Source: Ylistrum balloti (Eukaryota). Taken from it: a stretch of DNA of 64,000 nt. The stretch is from positions 434,001-498,000 of the forward strand of contig NW_026781993.1 of the NCBI RefSeq assembly GCF_031769215.1, written 5' to 3'. A program made the translations under genes and the position numbers. Under the pieces are notes generated by a model. It was not told the DNA's origin. It saw only the letters and a list, made by a program, of their open reading frames with translations, and made no database searches. This document shows positions 51,401 to 62,639 of this stretch, piece by piece; position 1 is the first letter of the stretch; each line of letters starts with the position of its first letter.

Positions 51401-54400
51401 CTAGATCAGCAAAAACAGGTAAGTTCAAGGATCATGGTTCGGTGCAGTGGAATCTGACCCCACAGTCTGTATGCTACACACAGGACTCTATTAATGAGAA
51501 TTTAAGTCTCTAGGAGATCAAAGTTAGTGGTTAACAGTAATAGAAATATTTTGTAATTTTTATCCTAATGTTGGTCATTTTAAGTTGTTTCTTGTTGTAT
51601 AGACTCGCATCACAGTAATCAATATCAGGATAATGTATTGGTGAATGTATTTACAGGACTAAAAGTTTTGCAGTACCAATAAGAATACAAACTTTTGTTT
51701 TTCAGCTCAATTCTGGTAAATCCCAGCCTTCTGAGGATTTGCCAATAGATCCAGTGGAGATACCGAACCCACCCATCCTTCCTACCTCAAAGTCCTTAAC
51801 TGAGACCTCAGTACCTACTGTGACTAGTGCTCCTAGTCGACCCACCACCCGAGACCCCCGCCTAGCCTCCAGGGATCCTCGTTCAGTCCGCAGAGACCCT
51901 CGTCTTAAAGGCAAAAGTGTTGCTGATTCTACACCACCGCAGGTGTCAAAGTCAGAAAGTAGTCCTGCAGCTGTTGAGAATTCTGAATTGACCTCTGTAC
52001 CTACTTCTATGGTTGTACCTACTTCTCTGATGGCATACCCACCGCCTCCCTTGCCAAACATGATGCCACCTACTGTTGCTGGGATGATGCCACCTGGCAT
52101 GGTACCAGGATACATGCCACCTGTGATGAATATACAGCCACAAACAAATATTCTTCCTCCTGCAGGTGGACCTGGACGATCTATTGTGCTACCAGGCATG
52201 CTTCCCTTTCCCATGCCAACAGCTCGAATGGGTATACCAGTGCCTCCACCTGTTGTCAATATCAACAACCAGGCCATCCCTAGTAAAGAGGAAGATCCAA
52301 AGACTGATAAGCATAGTCATGAGAAATCAAACAGTAAATTGAGTAAAAGCTCTTCCTTGCAACATTTGTCTCAGAAATCCAGTACTGACCACAAGTCAAA
52401 GGATGGGAAGGAAAGTTTTAGATCAAGTCGTGATATGCGTGCTGATCGTAAACACAGCGATAAACGTGATACCAACAGCACAAGTGCTAAAAATAATAGA
52501 CATTCCGAATCAAAACGTTCATCTGTGGAGAAAGATCGTGATCAAAAAGACAATAAAGATGGTAAGGATCGTAAGTCATCATCATCTTCATCTTCATCAT
52601 CATCAAGTCGACGAGAAAGTCCAAGAACAAGCTACAGTAGCAGTGGTTCAAAAGAGGAAAAGCCTAAAACGAGAAATGACTCTAAAAGTGAATCAAAGTC
52701 AAAAAAAAGTGACAAGGATGATATCCGTCATAAAAGAAGCAGCAGAGATTCTGATGAAGATAGCAGGAAGAGTAATCGTAGTGATGACTCGGATGATCGG
52801 CGACGAGAAAGTACGCGCTCAACACGTGGTTCAAAAACTAGAACAAGGTCACGGTCACCAGTGAAATCCAAATCTCCAGAGCCAAGAAAATCTAAAAATA
52901 AGGCAAAGGAGAAACTGGACAGAGGAGAGAAAAATGAGAAAAAGCCTTCAAAGGAAGGAAGTAAAAAACTGTCTCCTTCGAAAAAAAGTAAAAAAGTAGA
53001 GAAGGGGGTCGTAGAAAAGACTACTGAAGAGAGTGAAAAAGTTGAAAGTGTGAAAGTAAAGGAAGAACCTGTTGACATGGATACTGACAACAGAGAAGTA
53101 CCTAAGATAGAGGAGCCTGAGAAAGTGGAGGAAATAAAGAAAGAAAAGGTGGAGGAGACAGCTGTTGAACCCTTACAACAAGATGTGCCAAAAGTAGCCT
53201 CCCAGTTAGAGGACATGGATGTCGATGACCGACAGGTTCCCACTCAGACTCCGGAGAGTCTGAAGCGAGATCTTGAAGATAAAAAGGAGGAGAGTGATGT
53301 TACAGAGGATGGACCAAGTTCAAGTAAGAAAGCTCGACTGGAAGAGGAACCTGAACTTAGTACAGCCAAGGTTATGGATGAGGACCTCAGGTTAGTATTA
53401 CCTGTGTTAACTAATGATACATAGAAGTAATCATCTGGAACTGGTTTTGAATGAACAGAATTAGTATGATATATAGATTTATTTTGTCATTGCTGATAAT
53501 CATTTACAGCAACAATGCAATCCAATGAAGAGTAATATATTGTTATTTATTTTACAGCTCCTTGTTTGGGTCTGAAGACCAAGACTACAGAAGCCAAAGG
53601 GATGGCCCTGTTCCTCCAATGAAAAGTCCCTACCATGATAAGTGGATGAAGTTTAGAGAAAACCATCCAGGTGACTTTAAATATGAGTTGGATCTGCAAA
53701 AGGGTAGAGAACTGGCTGCCCAGGATGTGGACCACCGAAGAGCAAGTTCTGAATCTGACCCTCTGAAGGATGTGGATCATAGACATGAAGGATTCCCTCA
53801 GGATACAGATCTACGGTCGTCCACAACTCGTAACACCCTAGACCACGATGTACAAGACTACGACAACCGACCGCGTCCTAAACCCGTCCATATACCTGCA
53901 GCCCTACAGCTGGATCATAGGGAGGAGATTCTTGAACAGATTGAGCAGCGTCGGAGGTCTGGTGATTTGAGTCATGATATGCATCAGGAATTACTTCACC
54001 AACTTTCCAGATTGGATAATGTACAACGCCAGCAAGACCGGCTTGGGTTCACTGATAATGCCCAGAGGCATGGTAGTCCTATTCGTGATACAGACCGCCG
54101 CGGTAGAGATAGCTGGCAGTACAGATCACCACTCAAAGACCCACCCAACAGCAGATCCTATGAAGGGCGACCAGACTTTCAGAGACCTAGTAGATACAGA
54201 GACGGACCTCTCAAGGACTTTGATGACAGACATGGATCTGACCGACGACGGACACCTCCTTTAGATCATTCTGGTCCCCTGCGGGATAGAAACAGAGACA
54301 TAGATATTCGACACGGTCCTGAATTTGGTGACAGGCGTAGACCACCTAATCACATGGATGGACCCAATAGGGACTATGACAGTAGACTTGGACCACCTAG

Positions 54401-57400
54401 GGACTTTGATAGACGACGTGAACCTCTAATGGATGCCAACCGTCCTCCTAGAGACTGGCAGGGACCAGATGGCCGTCAGAGGTCAGGACCCAACCGTGAT
54501 CATAATCGAGACTGGAATTATAATGAAAACGGAGGCAGGGGCTGGCAGAATCAGGGTCACTGGAATGATGAGCCTGGCTATAGAAAGGATGGTCCCCCAG
54601 GACGGTATCATGACCCGCGGTCAAGGTATAGAGATGAAAGAGGTCCACCAGATGGCCCACAGGGTAGGAACGGACCATACAATGACAGAGGGCCACATAT
54701 GGGTCCACCAGGACATAGAGGTCCAACTCATCAGCACCCATTTATCAAACGGCAACAATCCACAGACCCAAGGTGGAGAAGGATTGTTGGCTATCGGGGA
54801 CCTGACGAAAATGAGGAGTTTGTTATTGACGGACGACCCTTTGGTATTGCTGTTGGACAACCAGCAAGGAAGATTAGGGCAGCTGGACGGACTATAGAAG
54901 TTTTTGCAGATCCAAATGAACGTGCAATTCGTCTGGATGGAGCTATTGTATACAGGTTTGGGGATATGGTTAGAGATGTAAACATTGGCCGTGTGAATGT
55001 TAAGATATTCTATCATGGTTTGCCACGCTCTATTTGGATTGACGGCATAATGAGGGAACTACGTGTCGATGCACCACCAAAAATTATAAACATTAAGGAC
55101 AAGGAGCATACAATGCGCATTGATGGGCGAGATCTAATGATCCTGATAGACAATAAAGAAATGGGTGTAGTGGGGGGACCACCTAGATATGCCTTTATTG
55201 ACAATAGCCGTTGTGAGTTCAGGTTTGACCCTCCTCCTCGCAAGATCTTAATTGATGGCAATATGTGTGAACTGAAGCTAGACAGAGCTATCCCCTGTAT
55301 TGTAATCAATAACAAAAAAAGGGGAATACGCTTTGATGGTCCCCCGAGAGAGATCATTGTAGACAATATCAATTACCTGGTTCCTGTCGACGATTGTGTG
55401 AAAATACGAATCAACAACAGGCCTCATTACTTGGCACTTGGAGGACCAGCTCACGAGGTGATTCTGGATGGCAAATGGTTCGAAGTGAAATTTGGTGGGC
55501 CAGCCAAGGAGATCTCCTTAGGAAACCGTGTGATATATGTAAGGCTAGAAGGACCTCCACCAGAAGTAAAGATTTTGGATGAAATTATTGAAGAACCTGA
55601 ATCTGTGCAAATGCGGTATGAGAGTGGCCCTCCAGCAATGCAAGATCCAAGACCCAATGGTCCAGTGCAGCACATGCAGCCCTCTGGGCCAGGACAACAA
55701 GGCCCTTCAGTAATGGTAATGGGCAGTTCCATGGACTCTCAGCCACTGATGCAGCAAGGAATGATGCAGCCACAGCCAGGACAGGTCATGATGAACCCCC
55801 TCCAACAACAACAAGTAGTGGCATCCCAGGGACAGCCAGGGTTTGGTGGTGTGATGCAGCAAAACCCAATGCTTCCCACACAAATCCAAGGTAAGCAGAG
55901 ATAATATAACATGATGAATTTATTTTGATTTTATCAATGTAAGTGGTCAATTCAATTTTGAATGTGCATATTGCTCCATCATTACAGCCTACCCTTTTTC
56001 AGGAGGCTGAACCAATACACGTTTTAATAATGTTCTGCTAACTATCGACTTTGAATATTTCCAGTGAATTTGATTGTGTTTAATTCACTATTTACTGAGG
56101 TCTTGATATAACTTAGAAAAGTATTGCAAGATTGGCAAGTGATTTTAAGAATCCTTCAGAAAATGAAAGTTAACCTTAAAACTGTGCCAATATAAGAATC
56201 TGATGATTTTTTTTGTTGAATCATCGAAAATTGAACAACACTTAAATATAATGCAAAGCCAGGAGGTACATTTGAAATCTTTGAAAGCATATTTATAATA
56301 AATGCTAGGTATCTTATTTGTTTCAATGAATGGCATTTTATGTGGAGGGTGTATACATTCATAATAAGCAACATGTCTTGTTGCAGGTCTGATGCCTGCT
56401 GTGTCTAGCACAATGACCACTGGTTTCCCTAGTCAGGCACCAGGTAAGTAGGTCACTGTGACTCATCAGTCAGCTTCCATCTTCATCAGAATTCAATTCA
56501 CACATTCACCAAGACCATTCATGTTTTAAAGCATAACTTCAGTTGTTTCTTGTTAAATAGTGTAATTCACAACTTCCATTAAAAGATGCTAAACACAAGC
56601 ATGTTATAAAAATAAATCATGTTATATAACAAACAAAAAAATATAAATTTTCTGTTGGTTATAATTATTTTGAAAGAAAAACAGAAGTAAAAAAGTTTTC
56701 ATTGTGAGAATTCTAATCATATCATTTAATGAATTGCAGCATATTTGCTTTTCAATATTTCCTTTAGCAGCATCGAAGATTCATGAAAAGCTTAATATTT
56801 TGTTTTCAATGAAAGTATGTTTTATTTCACAGTCCAACAGGCACCAACTAACCAGTTGAATGTAGACTCACTACTTCAGCGTCTCATGGCTACTGGTATC
56901 ATCCCAGGCAAGGTCAGCAGCGACAAGGACACCACCGAAACAGCCGAAACGCCTAAACCACCGGAGATAAGTGGCAAAAATGTGAATAAAAAGACGACTG
57001 CAAAGGATAACTTCATTAAGCCAGTGAGTACAGTTTTTATACCGTTTTTATCATACTAAGAATGTTGTTAGTTGTAGTAAAATGTAGCAGTCCAATAGAG
57101 TTTTTTCTTTTATTAAGAATTTTCAAGTTGTAGCTGTTTTATTTTTTTAAGTGTCTATAATTTTAACAGATCATATTTAATTTCCATGATGTAGAAGTTT
57201 CATTGAAGATGATTTTAACAGACCAAAATTTTATTTTATAAATATATAAATGTACAAATTATACTCCTGGTGTATATGATTACAACAAAGAAACTTTTTT
57301 TTCACAGGTGTTTAAACAAGTTAAGATAAAAGATGTACCAGATCTGACCGAACTAAAGACAGAAAAACTGAAACAGTAAGTGTAATATTGATGAAACCAG

Positions 57401-60400
57401 AAAACAATAGGGCATCAGATTATACAATCACACTCCCAAGTGATGAGGAATAGAGCAACTTGGTATTGTTGACATTACCTGTTATATTGTTATATTTTGT
57501 TGACTTGGGGGGGAGGCTTAGTAGTTAGCAACTAACCTGTTCTTGGAAGACACAATAGAGTGGGGAAAAGACTTAATTGTGGTGAAATACGGTATGTCAA
57601 TATGAAGAACTTAAAAAAAAACTTGGAATGATGAATTAGCGCAAAAAATTTTAAACAAACATCCTGGATATAATTGCATATAGCAGTAGGCGACCTTTTT
57701 TTGACCTTATAAAGTCCAAATCAAGACATAATTTATCTTATATATAACCAAGCTTTGCTTTATGATGATAAGACTAAGGTTGCAAGGAAATGTTTCTGGT
57801 ATTACTTGTAACGATGTAAACAAGATGAGGGCTGCAAGGAAATGTTTCTGGTATTACTTGTAACGATGTAAACAAGATGAGGGCTGCAAGGAAATGTTTC
57901 TGGTATTACTTGTAACGATGTAAACAAGACGAAGGTTGCAAAGAAACAATTCTGGTATTACTTGTAACAATGTAAACAAAAAGTGGTAAAAGAAAGAACA
58001 GAACCCCTGAATAGTTATTTAATTGATATCAATCATACAAATCTGTTTTTTACAGGTTTCATGAGGGAGTTATACAAAGTCTGTTCTCAGGGATTCAGTG
58101 CTCAGCTTGTGGTCAGCGTTTCTCTGCTCAACAGACTGAGAGGTACAGGGAACATTTAGACTGGCATTTCCGACAGAACAGGCGAGACAAAGATGATGCT
58201 AAAGTCACTAAGTACAGACGGTGGTACTATGATGTTTCAGTAAGTAGGATATGATAATATGATATGTTGATGATGTTGATAAGTCATTGAAGAAATGTGA
58301 TGAAATAGAAAGAAAACTGAAACTTCTTGAGTGTTACGTGCAATTCTAATCATTTTATTAGCAAGTTTTGACATTTAAATCAATGAGATTTTGTTTAATA
58401 TATCTTCTGTTTTAATTTATTTCCTTGCAGGACTGGATAACATATGAAGAAATAGATGAATCTGAAGATAAAGGTAAAAAGTTATATATTTTCAGTATTA
58501 GTATATTTAGAGTTTCTTATAAAATTGCCCTTTTATAGTTGTCAGGTAAAAAGGATGGCAAAGACAATCTGGGGAAATGTTTTGTCTTTTTCTGGAAACA
58601 CCATTTGGTATTTTACATTGGCTTACTGGGTCAATGTCCAATTTTAAATATACTATGTTGTTGTTTTTTTTTTTTTTCTTTTAACAAAGGTTCAAATTTT
58701 TATGTGGAAGTTATGGAACATAAGATAATTTTCTTTGCATGTTTTATTTTGAAGGTATCTTATGTGATTTTTTAATCCATTTAAAGAAAATTACCATAGC
58801 TGTTCATTTTATGTCAAGCAAAATCAAAGGCTATATTGTACACGAAGGATGAACTATTGAAAATTCCATGATGATAGATAAATGATACTTATTAAATAAT
58901 ATTTTACATTTTTCTGTCCTAAACATTCTAAGTTACATGCTTTCTTGTTTTTCTCCTCTCAGGTCGCAGTAATGTGTTTGAGAAGATGTTGGCTATGGCT
59001 TCTACAGCCAATGCCCCAAGTATTACCCAGGAGACTGTAGTGAATGCCCCTGAGGGTTCAGACATCATCCATTGTCCCCCAGCTACTGGAGAGGAGAAGG
59101 GAGACGTAAGTACTGAAGAAAAATACAGCTTTAATACATATATATATATCTATCATTCTCACCTTCTGTCTAAATTGTAAACTTTGTCTTCAACCTCCTG
59201 TTTCATGCAAATATGTTTGTGATTATTATTAAAGTATTTAAATGCTTGTTAATACTGTTTACCAATTATGAAACAATATTATAATCAATTCAGAAATCTT
59301 GCATGCTTTGATCTCAGATCTGTTTTTGACACAAGTTGTATAAGTAAGGTTTGTGATTTCATTTAAAACCAAGAGGACAGATATCTTTGATACTGATTTA
59401 GGATGACTTCAATGAAAGATTTGATGAGCATTCCAATATTTTTTGCAGATGTGTGAGATTTGCAGAGATCCATTTGAACAGTTCTGGGATGAGGACCAAG
59501 AGGAGTGGCACTTGAGGGATGCCATTCGTGTGGAAAACAAGGTTATTATCTATTTACAATTTACCTAGATTTGTTATTTATGTGGATCGAAAGCCATAGA
59601 ATTACAATAAGGACATTTATATACCTTGTTAGATTTGAATGATCAAAATCAAACTTCAACTGTTTTGAAGTAAACTATTGTTGTACATAGCTTTTAATGA
59701 ATGCCTGAACAGATTCGTCATATTTTTGTGGCCATCTGTCATGACTGTTGGGGTTAACTAAAGTTTCATGTATTTGGTGAGAATGAAGTCACTGCCTTGT
59801 TCAGTTCCTGTGTAGAGGATAATATTCCTAAAACACCGAAACTAGATAAAAAATTTGATGGACATGAAACTGAGTTTTCTAATGTTGAATTCTAACTTCA
59901 GGTTAGATTCTAACAAGACACAATTGAAGATATTTTAAATGTTAACTTAGAGTGTTTATTTCTCTAAGCCAATGTGTTCTGATGCTTCAATTAATGTAAT
60001 ATAAATATATGTTTACACTTTTACAGACATACCATCCTATCTGTTACGAAGATGAAAAAGAGGTCAGTAGTTCACTTTGTGCCTTAAGTATTTTCAATAA
60101 CAGCAGTCCTAGCTTAAGTCTTAGCTATTTTAGTTGAAAATAATTTTCACTTTTTCAATTGAATAAGTATTTATACCTTTCATTAAGTACCAAGACATGA
60201 TGTTTGGTATGTGACACCAGAATGAGTCGTGTAGTTAACTGATATTGAACTGTTAGAAAAGTTTAAAGATATAGACAAGAACTGAGTGAGGAGTTAAGAA
60301 GGAGAGATGGTATGTTCATAAAATCATAAGTTTGTGTTGATTTCCTTACAGGGCAGTATATTGGAGCCCACACCCACACCCATCAAGGCTCCTTTGGAAA

Positions 60401-60705
60401 ACCCCCTTGCAAAACAGATTCAGGAAGAGGCCAATCCCATCATCTTACAGATTCGACAGGAGCTAGGTGAGCTTCCAGTCTCTGCCATCGACATGAGTAA
60501 GGTCAAGGTGAACAAGACCAAGTTATTTGTTCCAGAAGATGATGAAGAGGAGCCAGCAGCAGCAACAGAGGTGAAGGAGGAGCCTGTTCAAGGAGAGAGT
60601 GAGGAAGAGGAGGAATCAGAGAGAGACAGTGTTATGGCAATCATTAAGTCAGTGGTGAAAACAGAGCCTTCCTCTACTTTGGTGAAAACAGAACCCGGGC
60701 TATGA
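39438..60705 (+). CDS. PCF11: Pre-mRNA cleavage complex II protein Pcf11, about 1943 aa, 15 coding exons
   Basis: Phase-consistent exons: 39438-39590, 45429-45557, 50088-50270, 51239(or 51236)-51418, 51706-53390, 53558-55890, 56387-56443, 56833-57023, 57308-57375, 58056-58239, 58431-58473, 58963-59105, 59449-59541, 60027-60062, 60352-60705. Recognised motifs: CID domain (DYQSSLVDLTCNSKPLINMLTMLAEEN; KLPSLYLIDSIVKN; TWNEIFPNRKLYAVDVRVNLVDPAWPI; SSIHVNPKF), coiled coil (LIAKQQELLKLQQQRLELEL), RDPR motifs, charged S/K/R region, zinc finger 1 (CSACGQRF...HLDWHFRQN), Clp1-binding RRWYYDVSDW, zinc finger 2 (CEICRDPFEQFWDEDQEEWHL...YHPICYED). Confidence 0.96.
39854..39960 (+). terminator. Candidate intronic polyadenylation site and alternative terminal exon in PCF11 intron 1
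   Basis: Acceptor tttgtttttcag| at 39853; TGTA at 39677, 39780, 39894 and 39907; AATAAA at 39928-39933; CA at 39944-39945; GU/U-rich gtgtctgtattttgt at 39946-39960. Confidence 0.5.
48638..49016. repeat. Degenerate ~22-bp minisatellite in PCF11 intron 2
   Basis: About 15 copies of acagtacaactggtcattacat-like units. Confidence 0.85.
54813..55583 (+). other. Beta-rich ~35-aa repeat module within PCF11 exon 6
   Basis: Translation EEFVIDG...GPPPEVKILDE shows about 7 repeats of P-R-x-I-x-I-D-G...P-P-x-x-I-x-I-N-x-K...I-R-F-D-G, embedded in otherwise low-complexity sequence. Confidence 0.7.
57780..57978. repeat. 52-bp tandem repeat, about 3.8 copies, in PCF11 intron 9
   Basis: gcaaggaaatgtttctggtattacttgtaacgatgtaaacaagatgagggct at 57782, 57834 and 57886, with a diverged copy at 57938. 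Confidence 0.9.
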
Positions 60706-60718
60706 CATATACTTGAGC

Positions 60719-62530
60719 AATAAACTGGGCATTTTCCAAGTGGATCAGTCAGGACCATCATCAATTAAGTCACCCATCAACATTTGCAGTGAGACAGAAG
60801 AAAATTGTGATTAAAGGCATTGTCTGTCCTGCATTACTAGTCAGATTATAGTCTCCATTTCTATTGCTGTACCAACTCTTCAGGGTCACATCACGTGAAG
60901 TATGATATGTGTGAAGGATTTTGTCCAGAATGTTTACAAAACCCCATGCTGTTGGTACAGCTTTCATCCACAGATTCCAAAGCATTATGTGATAAAATGG
61001 CCTTTACTGTTGTACGGGTAAAATATTTGCAAGGTCATTCAAAATTGTAAGTACAGCAGTGTTTGTATTTTTTTTTTATAATTGATAAATTCGTAAATAT
61101 TTATTTTGATTACTAAGTGATTACAGTAATATGTCAACTAGTCCATACGCTGGAGTTCCTGAGGCAAAGTGTGAATATCACAATATTCTGTGTGAGGTCA
61201 TGAGGAAATAGGATTTCTTCCCACCCAAGGCAGCCTTCATTACAAGTTTCTTATGGTAAAACCTTATATGGAAATCAGACTTTAGGAGTTAGGAACTCAG
61301 TGATTTACTCTCATTCTGTTTTGTGAAATGTATGTGTTTTTTTTATGAAGTAATTATCCTGTATTTATGAGTTGTTTTGTAAATATGCTGTACATTGTTA
61401 AAAATTAATTTTTTTTTCTTAATTATGGAATTTATTTTTCCAGTCGAAGTTCTAGATTTTAAGTGCTTTTAAGTGTAAGTCCAACATCCATTGACAACAA
61501 GAAGAAACTGATGAGCTCAGAGGTGGTATGATTCTGTTCCAAAACTGAAATGGGACAGATAAGATGTACAGATTTACAAAAGTGTTGAAAACTCTCAGCT
61601 GTCCTCCATTAGATTTCCTTAGTTATTTGATGTTACAGGGTAGTATTGTTTTTGTTTGTGTTTTATTTTGATATGTGATTATGATATTTAGAGGATGTTA
61701 AGGGAGTTTTCAATACTAAAGGGAGAAGAAAATCTTTTGTTCGTTTTCTGTCTCCTGATATGTTCTGTCTTTTTGTAAAACATACAAAGTTATCTGCTCT
61801 AGTGAACAGGTATCAGTTGTTTTCTTATTTATTAATGAGAGAATAGAATTGTAAATTTGCAAAAACGAAGTAATTTTCTCCGGCAAACTAATGACCTAAC
61901 AATCAATACTTGCTTACAAGAGCAGATAACTCTGTGTTTGGAAACAATGGAATTGATAATTGAATTAATCAAACCCTAAGGGGATGTGCTATATTCAAAT
62001 GAAAAGTTTGATGATGGTGGACAAACTCCGTAGTTTTTTTGTATGTTGACACTCGAGATTTCTGATTCTCAGGTCGCCTAGCTTGACCAGCACATCAAAT
62101 GGTAGAAGTAAGGTATCAGTAGTGAAGTCTTCAAAGTGATAAGACAGCCTAAAAAGCATGATTGCTTTGTGCTTGTGTCAGTAACTATCCAGTGAGACTG
62201 GAATTATAATAGAAAATTATTGGAAATTTGAAGCAGTGCTTAGTGTAGATATATTGACGAGAGAGTTATGTTACATATAAAAAGCAGATAGCACTATTTA
62301 TGATGTCCAAGGATTTATGAATTAGAAGCAAAGCATTTAGAATGTGGTTTAAAAGAAGTGCTGGTTGTTAGAATGTGGTCCACGTGTGATTAATTTGTCT
62401 GAATGTGTCTGAAGACATAAATGCTTGAAATAAATGATTGTATGGAGGGTAACTGCATAGTTTTATATATATGAATGGAAAAAAATAAACAGGTATACAA
62501 AAAACAAAGCTGATTGTTGTTATCATTTCA
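60719..62530 (+). terminator. Candidate tandem 3' UTR polyadenylation signals of PCF11
   Basis: AATAAA at 60719-60724, ATTAAA at 60810-60815, AATAAA at 62429-62434 and 62484-62489. The last is followed by GU-rich tgattgttgttatcatttc. Confidence 0.5.
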
Positions 62531-62639
62531 TTGAGACAGGTGACACATTATATTGTCTTGTCTTCTGTCTGGTACTATTGTAACTTGTTAGTAATTGTCT
62601 GTGTGTGTTAGGAAGAGTATCTATAGACAAATGTTTACA

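Noticed and set aside
51702-55889. Several 60-190-aa minus-strand and off-frame ORFs
   Set aside because: Shadows of the two large, GC-richer PCF11 exons; no recognisable motifs.
7236-60705. Minor (U12) introns in the three genes
   Set aside because: All 52 inferred coding-region introns are GT-AG and none has the GTATCCTT donor; the closest, gtatctat at 24009, does not match.
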